Source: a virus | Taxonomy: Duplodnaviria > Caudoviricetes | Virus record (IMG/VR): IMGVR_UViG_3300008255_000257 | Location: 1-36,793 of that record | Strand: one strand, 5' to 3' | Length of the DNA stretch: 36,793 nt | Shown here: piece after piece, positions 17,416 to 24,764 of the stretch | Numbering within the stretch: position 1 is the first letter of the stretch | Layout of the letters: every line of letters starts with the position of its first letter | Notes under the pieces: generated by a model | Database searches by the model: none | What the model was told of the DNA's origin: nothing | Seen by the model: the letters and a program-made list of their open reading frames with translations, nothing else | Translations under genes and position numbers: made by a program

Positions 17416-17715
17416 TTAGGAGGCCGTCGGAGGAATACCATGCGCCTCTACGATTTCATTGTCCACAATGGATCGGAGCTTCTGTTCGCACTGGGGACAG
17501 GTCCTACATTCCACCCCGACAACCACAGACGGAAAGTAGTCCTGAAATTCACTCACAAATCCAATGGACGGGTTCGTGAAATTCCAGTTGTTGAAGTGAA
17601 ACTCCGTCAGCGCGAACTGCTTGTCCCCGATACTCAACATCACACCACCTTCGTGCCACTGAAACCACTGGCAGACAGTGATGTACATTTCGGGTACTGG
17701 AATGATTGCGCTCAT
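17416..17715 (-). CDS. Hypothetical 99-aa protein of the GC-rich cassette (CxxCxxC motif)
   Basis: ATG 17715 preceded by AAGGAGGT at 7 nt; GC-rich third positions; MSAIIPVPEMY...VECRTCPQCEQK... Confidence 0.65.
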   Translation of the reverse strand: MSAIIPVPEMYITVCQWFQWHEGGVMLSIGDKQFALTEFHFNNWNFTNPSIGFVSEFQDYFPSVVVGVECRTCPQCEQKLRSIVDNEIVEAHGIPPTAS

Positions 17716-17798
17716 TCCCACCACCTCCTTTCGTCGGTGAAGCGGAAGTAGAGTACTACGACGCCAGCGACCACGAACACTGCTACGAGTCTCCTCAC
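17712..17798 (-). CDS. 28-aa single-TM peptide (MRRLVAVFVVAGVVVLYFRFTDERRWWE)
   Basis: GTG start after AAGGAGG; the TGA stop overlaps the ATG of the next gene (ATGA). Confidence 0.5.
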   Translation of the reverse strand: MRRLVAVFVVAGVVVLYFRFTDERRWWE

Positions 17799-17835
17799 GT
17801 CTCCTCCTTGACAAAGGACTGTTTATTTAAATATA

Positions 17836-17997
17836 TCATATCAAACCCCATAGATAAATCTTATAAAGTAAAAATAGGATAAACATTAGCCAGAAAATAA
17901 TTAGTGGGATAACAATAACAGCAAAGCTAGTGTCGTCTGGGAGTTCTATCATTTTGTTTAGTTCAAAGTATTCTATTATGTTTTTTAGGAGGTTCAT
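17836..17997 (-). CDS. Small membrane protein (53 aa)
   Basis: Hand translation MNLLKNIIEYFELNKMIELPDDTSFAVIVIPLIIFWLMFILFLLYKIYLWGLI. Confidence 0.5.
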   Translation of the reverse strand: MNLLKNIIEYFELNKMIELPDDTSFAVIVIPLIIFWLMFILFLLYKIYLWGLI

Positions 17998-18017
17998 CTT
18001 GTGTTGTTATTTTGTAT

Positions 18018-18674
18018 CTAAAAAAGTGTATTTGATATTGATTTTATACGACCTTTGGCGATTTCATTATATTTTTTTGATATATCAATTCCTAGATAAT
18101 TTCTTTTAAGAGATTTAGCCGCCACGCAAGTTGTTCCGCTTCCGTTAAATGGGTCAAAAACAAGTTCTCCTTCTTTTGAAAAAATTTGAACGAGGCGTTG
18201 CATTAGGACCAAAGGTTTAGGACACGGATGTTCTTTTTCCGCACCTTTAGAAAAGTTCATTGTATTTTCAAGTAAGTAATCTTGCGGTAGTCGGTTTCCT
18301 TTAGGTATTTTACCATAAAGCATTACCGGTTCCCAAGCATTAAATCCTCCAAAGCGATTAAAAGAAACTGCGGCGGGTTTATGCCAACAGGCAATCCAAT
18401 CAGGTTGCGGGTAGTAGCAGATATTCGCAATACCGGGAGTAAAAACAATTCGCTTGGCCACTCGGTTCGCCTCCTTGAACCAATCTTGGCAAAATTTAAT
18501 ATATTCTTTCAGAGGAAGTTGCATTTGCCCTACGATATATTTCCTTTTATTTGGACCAATATCTTTTGCGTTGTAGGGCGGGTCTGTTAAAATTAGGTCA
18601 ATACACTTGTCGGGAAGTGTCCGCATAAACTTGATACAGTCGCCTTGTATTATTTTATTTATTTCCATTTGCAT
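18018..18674 (-). CDS. DNA N6-adenine/N4-cytosine methyltransferase, beta class (orphan)
   Basis: IIQGDC, DLILTDPPY (motif IV) before HPCPKP and VFDPFNGSGTT (motif I). Confidence 0.92.
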   Translation of the reverse strand: MQMEINKIIQGDCIKFMRTLPDKCIDLILTDPPYNAKDIGPNKRKYIVGQMQLPLKEYIKFCQDWFKEANRVAKRIVFTPGIANICYYPQPDWIACWHKPAAVSFNRFGGFNAWEPVMLYGKIPKGNRLPQDYLLENTMNFSKGAEKEHPCPKPLVLMQRLVQIFSKEGELVFDPFNGSGTTCVAAKSLKRNYLGIDISKKYNEIAKGRIKSISNTLF

Positions 18675-18693
18675 TAAAAACTAGGAGGTTGGG

Positions 18694-21231
18694 TTAATAA
18701 GGATCAAAGTTATTATTAGCAATATCACTAGCACCCGAGCTACCGGAAGGCGCGTTGTTGCGCTCGCGGAGTTGGAAAGGGATATGTTTTGGTTCGTGAA
18801 GGATGAGTCGGTGGAGGTTCTCCGGCATGTGGTCATTCTTGTCTTTCGGCCGACCGGATTTTTGTTTATCGTCTGCGCTAGTGCCTTTATATTCGGCCCA
18901 GACATATTCTTCTAGTTGTTTAATTGTAACAGGGCAGGAGTCAAAAATAAAGATTTCTGGTTCTTTTACGAATTTTCCGGCTTTAATTTCATAATCAAAG
19001 GCATCTTCTAGGCGTTTTATACCGGCCATGAGGTCTTTACTACCTTTAATCCAACGCTCCCGAGAGATATCTACTATTTGGCTTCCTACACTTGGCTCTT
19101 TTGTATGCTGGTTATCATTAAAAGCTGAAGGATCAATGATTCTGTCTTCAATGCGAAAGTGCATTTTTGTTTCCAGTTCTATCATTCTTGAGTTGAGCAT
19201 TTTTACTAAGCCTTCAGATAGAAGTTCGGCGGTTACTATTTTAGTACCTTTACTATTGACAGAAAGATACAAAACATGGTCTTGAACTCTGGGGTGCGGA
19301 TCGAGCGCTTTGTATGTTGTCCAGTCTTTTTCGTTGATAGGAAAAGGTTTTATGACATGAATTTTTCTATTAAATCTTTTATGTACTCTACCGAGTAAAT
19401 GGCCAAATTTTCCAAATATGCGCGCTTCTTTTTCATCTTCCGGCATAGAATCAGACATTCTTTGAATTGCTTTATGATCTAGAATTCCTCTTACTCCGTG
19501 GATTTTACAGTTACCAGTAATAAGAGGATATTTTTCTGTTTTATCCCTCACAATAATTGTTTCATTATCAACAGAAACACAAGACACTATCCCATTATAA
19601 AAAACCTTCTTTATACCTCTATCCACATAGGAATATCTATGTTTAAGAGCTGAAACACAATACATATCAGCACAAAAATATTTTCTACCCATTATAAATC
19701 TTTCCCCTTGCTTCCACTTTCTTAGAGAGGCTCTATACCCTAATCTTATCAGTAATTCTTGAACATCATCAGCTAGTTGTTTAGAGGAAGTTAAATATCT
19801 TTTTTTAGAATCTCCATCGGTAATTAAAAGTGTCTCCCAAAGTAATTGAAGATATTCTTTTGGGTACTCAAAAACATACCTTGGTATATGTTTTTGCGCC
19901 GAATTTCCTAAGGAAAAAAGATTTTGGTGTAATTCTTTACTAGATAACCAATATTCATATTTTCTTTCTCGCCAAGCCCATTTAGTTTTATCCAATAACT
20001 CCTTTAATTTCTTTCTTTTTTCTATGTGTTTTTGAGTAATATAAATACCATAATGCTTTTGGGTGCTTCCCTTAGTGCCAGTAGCACAACCCTCAGAAAT
20101 ATACCAACCTAAGAATTCACACCAATCTTTTCCACTAATTTTGTCAGGAAAAGGGGAATCAAATCGAGTTGCCACATAACCATTTTCGGAAAAATTTAGC
20201 ATTCGGACTCCACGACGCAAAGTGTCAGCTCGCCTTATTTCTAAAGGCATATTTTTTATTGTTCTTTTTTCTCCTAAATCACTATTAAAAGTAACCATTC
20301 TATGATCGGGAGTGAAAAGAAGACCGTCTCCAGTAGAAATAAGTTCCCCAGAGAAATTTTTTTTAACTAATTCATTTACTTTTTGATATTCAATTAGTCT
20401 ATTTTTTAAATTATAGGTGGCTACTATATCCCCAATCTGAACCTTGTCTAAATCTCTCCAGCCTTGATATGTCAATATTTCTGCGTTATCGGCAAGACAA
20501 GCATCTTCTACTTCCGCTTCCACATATTCCGCTTCATCCGGGTGTTCGTCCATCCAGTCTTTTACCCAGCCGGCTTGAAATAGAGGCGTATAAGTCCAGA
20601 AACATATCATTCCCATACGACCTCGAGCAAGAGAGGCGAGAAATCTATCTTTAGGAAGAGGCTCATCAATCCAAAGAAATCCCAGATCAACGGATTCAAA
20701 GCTTTTCAGATCCTGTTCGTTACTCATTACGTCAATAGTCCAGCCGTTGTTGAAGATAAACTTTGAAGCATAATACTTTCCTTCTTTGGAAGTTTCATAT
20801 AGTTTCTCAGGGAAATTTTTATATGTGTTTCTTGGAAGCCATTTTATCAGCTCTGGTATTATTTTTTCTTTAATAGTTGTTGGATCAGAAATAACACGGC
20901 CACGCTTTATATATGGAAATTGTTGAAAAAGAGGATGTTTGAACCATTTATTCTGTGGACCAAAGATGATATTTGCCACAATATTAGATCCTACGGCCGT
21001 TTTACCTACCCCGTTAGCTCCAATAAACATGTTTACAAATTTAGAATCAGAGCCGACGAGTTTAATAAACTTCTCCACCTTGCCGTTTGGTGTATAATAC
21101 TGCGCGGCTTCCATAGCATCACGTTGTTCCAACTCCTCAGCCATTTCAGCTATTTCAGTCAGCTCTTCTTCCGGCAATTCTTCAAGCCGTTTTCGTATTG
21201 TATCTATTGAACTTAATATTTCTTCTTGCAT
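18694..21231 (-). CDS. terL: Terminase large subunit, intein-containing
   Basis: Walker A GANGVGKT, Walker B FLWIDE, coupling motif TYTP, and nuclease residues ALDPH...NDHMPENL. Confidence 0.9.
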   Translation of the reverse strand: MQEEILSSIDTIRKRLEELPEEELTEIAEMAEELEQRDAMEAAQYYTPNGKVEKFIKLVGSDSKFVNMFIGANGVGKTAVGSNIVANIIFGPQNKWFKHPLFQQFPYIKRGRVISDPTTIKEKIIPELIKWLPRNTYKNFPEKLYETSKEGKYYASKFIFNNGWTIDVMSNEQDLKSFESVDLGFLWIDEPLPKDRFLASLARGRMGMICFWTYTPLFQAGWVKDWMDEHPDEAEYVEAEVEDACLADNAEILTYQGWRDLDKVQIGDIVATYNLKNRLIEYQKVNELVKKNFSGELISTGDGLLFTPDHRMVTFNSDLGEKRTIKNMPLEIRRADTLRRGVRMLNFSENGYVATRFDSPFPDKISGKDWCEFLGWYISEGCATGTKGSTQKHYGIYITQKHIEKRKKLKELLDKTKWAWRERKYEYWLSSKELHQNLFSLGNSAQKHIPRYVFEYPKEYLQLLWETLLITDGDSKKRYLTSSKQLADDVQELLIRLGYRASLRKWKQGERFIMGRKYFCADMYCVSALKHRYSYVDRGIKKVFYNGIVSCVSVDNETIIVRDKTEKYPLITGNCKIHGVRGILDHKAIQRMSDSMPEDEKEARIFGKFGHLLGRVHKRFNRKIHVIKPFPINEKDWTTYKALDPHPRVQDHVLYLSVNSKGTKIVTAELLSEGLVKMLNSRMIELETKMHFRIEDRIIDPSAFNDNQHTKEPSVGSQIVDISRERWIKGSKDLMAGIKRLEDAFDYEIKAGKFVKEPEIFIFDSCPVTIKQLEEYVWAEYKGTSADDKQKSGRPKDKNDHMPENLHRLILHEPKHIPFQLRERNNAPSGSSGASDIANNNFDPY
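19510..20499 (-). mobile_element. 330-aa intein with LAGLIDADG homing endonuclease in TerL
   Basis: N-terminal CLADNAEILTYQGW, block B TPDHRM, LAGLIDADG motifs FLGWYISEG and LLITDGD, C-terminal ...LITGN followed by +1 Cys. Confidence 0.9.
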
Positions 21232-21240
21232 AATTTTCTA

Positions 21241-21296
21241 ATACTACCCTGCTTAGCGAATCCTATTTTTTCGACGAAATAGAAGCAGAGTAGTAT
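21241..21296 (-). promoter_or_regulatory. Structured leader hairpin before the terL start
   Basis: 14-bp outer stem 21241-21254/21283-21296 (one G-U) plus inner CUAUUU/AAAUAG stem, ending 9 nt before AUG. Confidence 0.6.
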
Positions 21297-21303
21297 CAAA
21301 AAA

Positions 21304-21582
21304 CTACTCTTTACCTTTTGAACCTATATCATCCATTTGAATTGGGGAAATAATAGGTTTGTCTTCTATATCAATTTCTCCATGCTTTTCTTCATATTGC
21401 TTAAGAGCTTCATTCATTCCAGCTACTATTTGTTTGAAGTGAATTGGATTAAAAGCAAATCCGGTTATTTTTTCGCCAGAGCTAAAAAGGGCGGTTAAAA
21501 ATTCTTTTCCAAATCCAAAAAGGGAGCTATCACAAAATTGCTTAGGGATTAAATTTATTACTTCGGGGTTTATTTTAGGCAT
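21304..21582 (-). CDS. Hypothetical protein
   Basis: 92-aa ORF between terS and terL. Confidence 0.65.
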   Translation of the reverse strand: MPKINPEVINLIPKQFCDSSLFGFGKEFLTALFSSGEKITGFAFNPIHFKQIVAGMNEALKQYEEKHGEIDIEDKPIISPIQMDDIGSKGKE

Positions 21583-22127
21583 TATTTCTTCTTGGTTATT
21601 TTTGATAATATAGTGTCAATGAGTTGATTTTTTGAGAATCCCTTGAATTTTAGATTGTACTCTTCTGGAGCAAATTTATTTTTGATTTTGTAGGCTTTTT
21701 CAAGAGCTTTATCCCTCGCCTGATTATCTGGACTCCAAAAATATACATGGCGCGCAAGATCACCATGCACTATTTTACGAAGCCGGCATCCTAATTCTAA
21801 AAACAGATTTTCTATATCTTCATCAGAGATAATTTCTGCACCTTTCTTTTTTTGCTGGACTTCTGGCGGAAAAGTCATATGATCGAGCCTATGAGAATTT
21901 AAAAGACTATCATGGATTCTGATTAGTTTGTCATCAGAAAGTACAATTTTAACTAAAGTATCCCAGCTTTCTGTACCTTTTAGTTGATGAGGATTCTTTG
22001 AATATGCTTCTGAATAACCAGCAGCTAGAATGGACTGTCCTAGTGTTTTTCCTTTTCCAAGATTTTCAACGACTATTTTATGTCTCTCTAAAGGCTTTTT
22101 AGTTTTGGGTTTTGTGGTTTTTTTCAT
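21582..22127 (-). CDS. terS: Terminase small subunit
   Basis: HTH-like LGQSILAAGYSEAYSKNP motif and ARDKALEKAYKIK; located upstream of terL. Confidence 0.7.
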   Translation of the reverse strand: MKKTTKPKTKKPLERHKIVVENLGKGKTLGQSILAAGYSEAYSKNPHQLKGTESWDTLVKIVLSDDKLIRIHDSLLNSHRLDHMTFPPEVQQKKKGAEIISDEDIENLFLELGCRLRKIVHGDLARHVYFWSPDNQARDKALEKAYKIKNKFAPEEYNLKFKGFSKNQLIDTILSKITKKK

Positions 22128-22161
22128 GGCTTAGTATCTTGGTTTTCTTTTTCTTGGCATG

Positions 22162-22470
22162 TTATTGAGGTTTATTTATAAACTCGGTGTCAATATCATT
22201 ATGTGCAATTTCTATTAGCTCGTCAAGGGTGCTGGCTTTGTCTGAGTAAAATTTTCTTTTATAGAAGAGGTTGTATTCAAAGATGCGCGGTTTAGTGAGA
22301 GGATCTTCGGTTCCTGGAGTAGGTGGTTTTTGAATGTAAACAATGGTTACGTCTTTATAGATCTCCAGCCGGATTGCTTGGATGTCTGGGCGGTAGGATA
22401 TACCGGAGAGGTATTCGTTGGGGAGGTTTTCTTTTTTTCTAAACAATAGTTGTTTTATTTTTTGTAACAT
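22162..22470 (-). CDS. Hypothetical protein
   Basis: ORF track 22162..22506; likely start ATG 22470. Confidence 0.6.
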   Translation of the reverse strand: MLQKIKQLLFRKKENLPNEYLSGISYRPDIQAIRLEIYKDVTIVYIQKPPTPGTEDPLTKPRIFEYNLFYKRKFYSDKASTLDELIEIAHNDIDTEFINKPQ

Positions 22471-22474
22471 GTGG

Positions 22475-22561
22475 TTAATTTTTTGAGCCATTATTAAATC
22501 CAACAATGTAAGTGATCAAAAGGGTAGCAAGAACGAATATTATTGTGAATATTGTTTCCAT
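22475..22561 (-). CDS. 28-aa TM peptide (METIFTIIFVLATLLITYIVGFNNGSKN), leaderless
   Basis: ATG 6 nt after an extended -10 TGGTATAAT (22576-22568). Confidence 0.5.
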   Translation of the reverse strand: METIFTIIFVLATLLITYIVGFNNGSKN

Positions 22562-22582
22562 GTTTTTATTATACCATTAAAT

Positions 22583-22819
22583 TTATAATTCCTTAAACGC
22601 ATCAGGACTTGAATCTTTTCCTCGATATTTACCAGTGTACTCCATTTCTCCATTTTCACTCCCTTCTTTGTGTTTTATGTACCCCTCTCGAATATAAAAA
22701 TTCACTTCTGCCCTACTTAAAACTAGAGGGTACCCGCCGAACATTATCCAGTTATTAGGTTGTACTTTATAATCCATAAATATTAATACCGGCAGCATGA
22801 TCAACTTCATGCTGTACAA
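22583..22819 (-). CDS. Hypothetical protein (start uncertain)
   Basis: ORF following def. Confidence 0.45.
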   Translation of the reverse strand: MYSMKLIMLPVLIFMDYKVQPNNWIMFGGYPLVLSRAEVNFYIREGYIKHKEGSENGEMEYTGKYRGKDSSPDAFKEL

Positions 22820-23228
22820 TAAACGCGTCGATCTCTTTGAAAGTCCTCCGGCGCGGGATCAGAAAGAGGTTGAAAAGGGGGGTTTGGTAGGTTACGGTGA
22901 TCTTGGCGAATCTATCTACTTCTTTCTCGGACCGGTACATGAAGCTCATACAGCCCTCAGAAAAGGTACAAGGTTGCTCTTTTTTGACTATCCTGGCGTT
23001 TATTACGCACCAGTGACCGAATGTTCGTATTTTCTTCTTATTCACCACAAAGAAGACTTTGGGGCTTTCTGAGACCTGTGTATGGGATATAGCGAAGGCG
23101 TCTTTCCAGTTGCCTTCAAATTCCTTAGCATCCAGGAAGGCTTTTAACTCTAGTGCCTCCTCTTTAATCTCAGACCATCTTTGTACCTTTTCTGATATTT
23201 TATTACTTAGGGGTTTTAGTATTTTCAT
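22767..23228 (-). CDS. def: Peptide deformylase (short viral type)
   Basis: EGCMS (motif 2), QHEVDH (motif 3), degenerate motif 1 AFAISHTQV, INARI. Confidence 0.85.
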   Translation of the reverse strand: MKILKPLSNKISEKVQRWSEIKEEALELKAFLDAKEFEGNWKDAFAISHTQVSESPKVFFVVNKKKIRTFGHWCVINARIVKKEQPCTFSEGCMSFMYRSEKEVDRFAKITVTYQTPLFNLFLIPRRRTFKEIDAFIVQHEVDHAAGINIYGL

Positions 23229-23354
23229 GAGTCATTTTACATTAATACATTTAAGTTGTTGTATTCCTAGGTGCATAAATCTACTTCGTGGATACATAAC
23301 TGATAAAAAAACCAATCTAAAGATATATCTTTTTTACAAATAGGACATATATAT

Positions 23355-23663
23355 TTAGCTCTGCCTATTCTTGTGGCATTTTCTAAATATTGATAACATA
23401 CGACCTTTTGGTGGTAGGTATTTAGCCATTTCAAAGCCAATTTTTATTTGCTCATTTTCATTATCTTCTTTTTCGGCAAAAAGTCCGCCTGTTTTACTAC
23501 TTGTTATATTTCCTTTAATGTTCCCAACTAACTCGGTTAGTGTTTTTTCTAAATCTTCTTTTGAAGGGATTTTTTCTGCCTTATTCCCTGAACACCACTT
23601 CCAGTCCAATAGCACGTAAATTGGATGTATTTCTTCTACGAATTGTTCAATTTCTTTTTTCAT
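23355..23663 (-). CDS. Hypothetical protein
   Basis: 102-aa ORF in the early operon. Confidence 0.6.
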   Translation of the reverse strand: MKKEIEQFVEEIHPIYVLLDWKWCSGNKAEKIPSKEDLEKTLTELVGNIKGNITSSKTGGLFAEKEDNENEQIKIGFEMAKYLPPKGRMLSIFRKCHKNRQS

Positions 23664-23667
23664 ATAT

Positions 23668-23847
23668 TTATGGTCTTAAATTTCTAATAAAATTATAAAC
23701 TCCTGCACTTAACTTTTCAACTTTTGGCTTGGTGTATGGTGGGATAGAGGGCATATAATTTTCGTATCTTTCTTCTTCAAGTGTAGCTTTCTTTTTTGCG
23801 TTTAAGTAATTGTAGTGGTTTAGGGATTTTTGTAATAGGGGGTTCAT
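23668..23847 (-). CDS. Hypothetical protein (59 aa)
   Basis: Hand translation MNPLLQKSLNHYNYLNAKKK...; ATG overlaps the upstream TGA and the stop is 4 nt before the next ATG. Confidence 0.55.
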   Translation of the reverse strand: MNPLLQKSLNHYNYLNAKKKATLEEERYENYMPSIPPYTKPKVEKLSAGVYNFIRNLRP

Positions 23848-24305
23848 TTTTGAAATATACTTAATTGTAAGGGCTTTATAAGATTAATATTCTGATCATA
23901 CTCATAAGCAAATTTAGAATCAAAGTCCGAAAACCTATGTTTTAGTTGATCAATATGTATTCGTTCTTCTGAATGTTCTTGAATTTTATTTCTAAATATT
24001 TTTACTTGTTTAGGAATGGATATTTCTCCTCTTAGAAATTCTCCTCCCCGGGTTGTTATGAGCCATTCTCCATTCCTTTTTTTATCTTTATCATAATGTG
24101 CTATAAGGCCATGAAAGCGGAGTTTTTGTAAATTAGAGGCTTCGGAATAGTTTAAATTTAGATCTTTATAGTGAAATTTATTCTTTTTTGTTTTTTTCAC
24201 ATAAATTATAGCTTTTATTAAGACAGATACTAGTCCAGGAGTTAAGCTATGCCAAAAAGCTTTCATTCCTGCTCCGCAATATTTACATGTTTCTGTATTT
24301 TCCAT
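23844..24305 (-). CDS. Putative winged-helix DNA-binding protein with N-terminal CxxC
   Basis: CKYCG; LNLNYSEASNLQKLRFHGLI...WLITTRGGEFL resembles a wHTH plus wing. Confidence 0.5.
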   Translation of the reverse strand: MENTETCKYCGAGMKAFWHSLTPGLVSVLIKAIIYVKKTKKNKFHYKDLNLNYSEASNLQKLRFHGLIAHYDKDKKRNGEWLITTRGGEFLRGEISIPKQVKIFRNKIQEHSEERIHIDQLKHRFSDFDSKFAYEYDQNINLIKPLQLSIFQK

Positions 24306-24543
24306 TTTTTATATAAATACTTATTAATACTATTAGCTCTGTGGATATGTGGAAAAGTGTGTTTAAGCTTTATTTTATTAATTTTTAATACACTATTTAT
24401 TCTAATTTTGTGTTAATAACTTGTGGATTAAATTTGATAACTTAAGTAATAACTTTTATGTGTATAATCTGTGGATTATTTTAGCCTTATTTTTCAAAAA
24501 GTTATCCACATTCACACAGTCGTTTTCCACAGATTTATCCACT
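24306..24543. other. oriC-like replication origin: DnaA-box cluster plus DnaA-trio unwinding element
   Basis: Consensus TTWTNCACA boxes at 24348-56, 24459-67, 24502-10 and 24523-31; 1-mismatch boxes at 24340-48, 24411-19, 24422-30, 24470-78 and 24535-43; trio array at 24322-24336; very AT-rich intergenic region. Confidence 0.85.
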
Positions 24544-24759
24544 TATTACAGCCTCAACTGTATAACCTAGCGCTTCCGGGTGAAATTTCTTATTTTTTAT
24601 AAATATATAAGACGTTATTTGTACTGGTTCAAAGAAATCTCCTGTTTTATGTAGCCGATCGACCGCGGCCGCTAATTTGTCTTTTAGGTCATAATCCTCA
24701 CTATTGTGGGGGTGTTCTAATGCAAGTGCTGGAACAAATATGTTTAGTTTCTTACTCAT
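24535..24759 (-). CDS. Hypothetical protein
   Basis: 74-aa ORF after recA. Confidence 0.6.
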   Translation of the reverse strand: MSKKLNIFVPALALEHPHNSEDYDLKDKLAAAVDRLHKTGDFFEPVQITSYIFIKNKKFHPEALGYTVEAVISG

Positions 24760-24764
24760 ACGTT

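Noticed and set aside
17406-17418. 16S rRNA gene fragment
   Set aside because: Only the 13-nt anti-SD matches; flanks do not resemble 16S helix 45 or an ITS.
17404-17751. Plus-strand 115-aa ORF with GGAGG before ATG 17440
   Set aside because: It is codon-aligned antisense to the minus-strand gene and has a His/Arg/Val/Pro-rich shadow composition; the SD series, GC3 bias and terminator all favour the minus strand. Not fully excluded.
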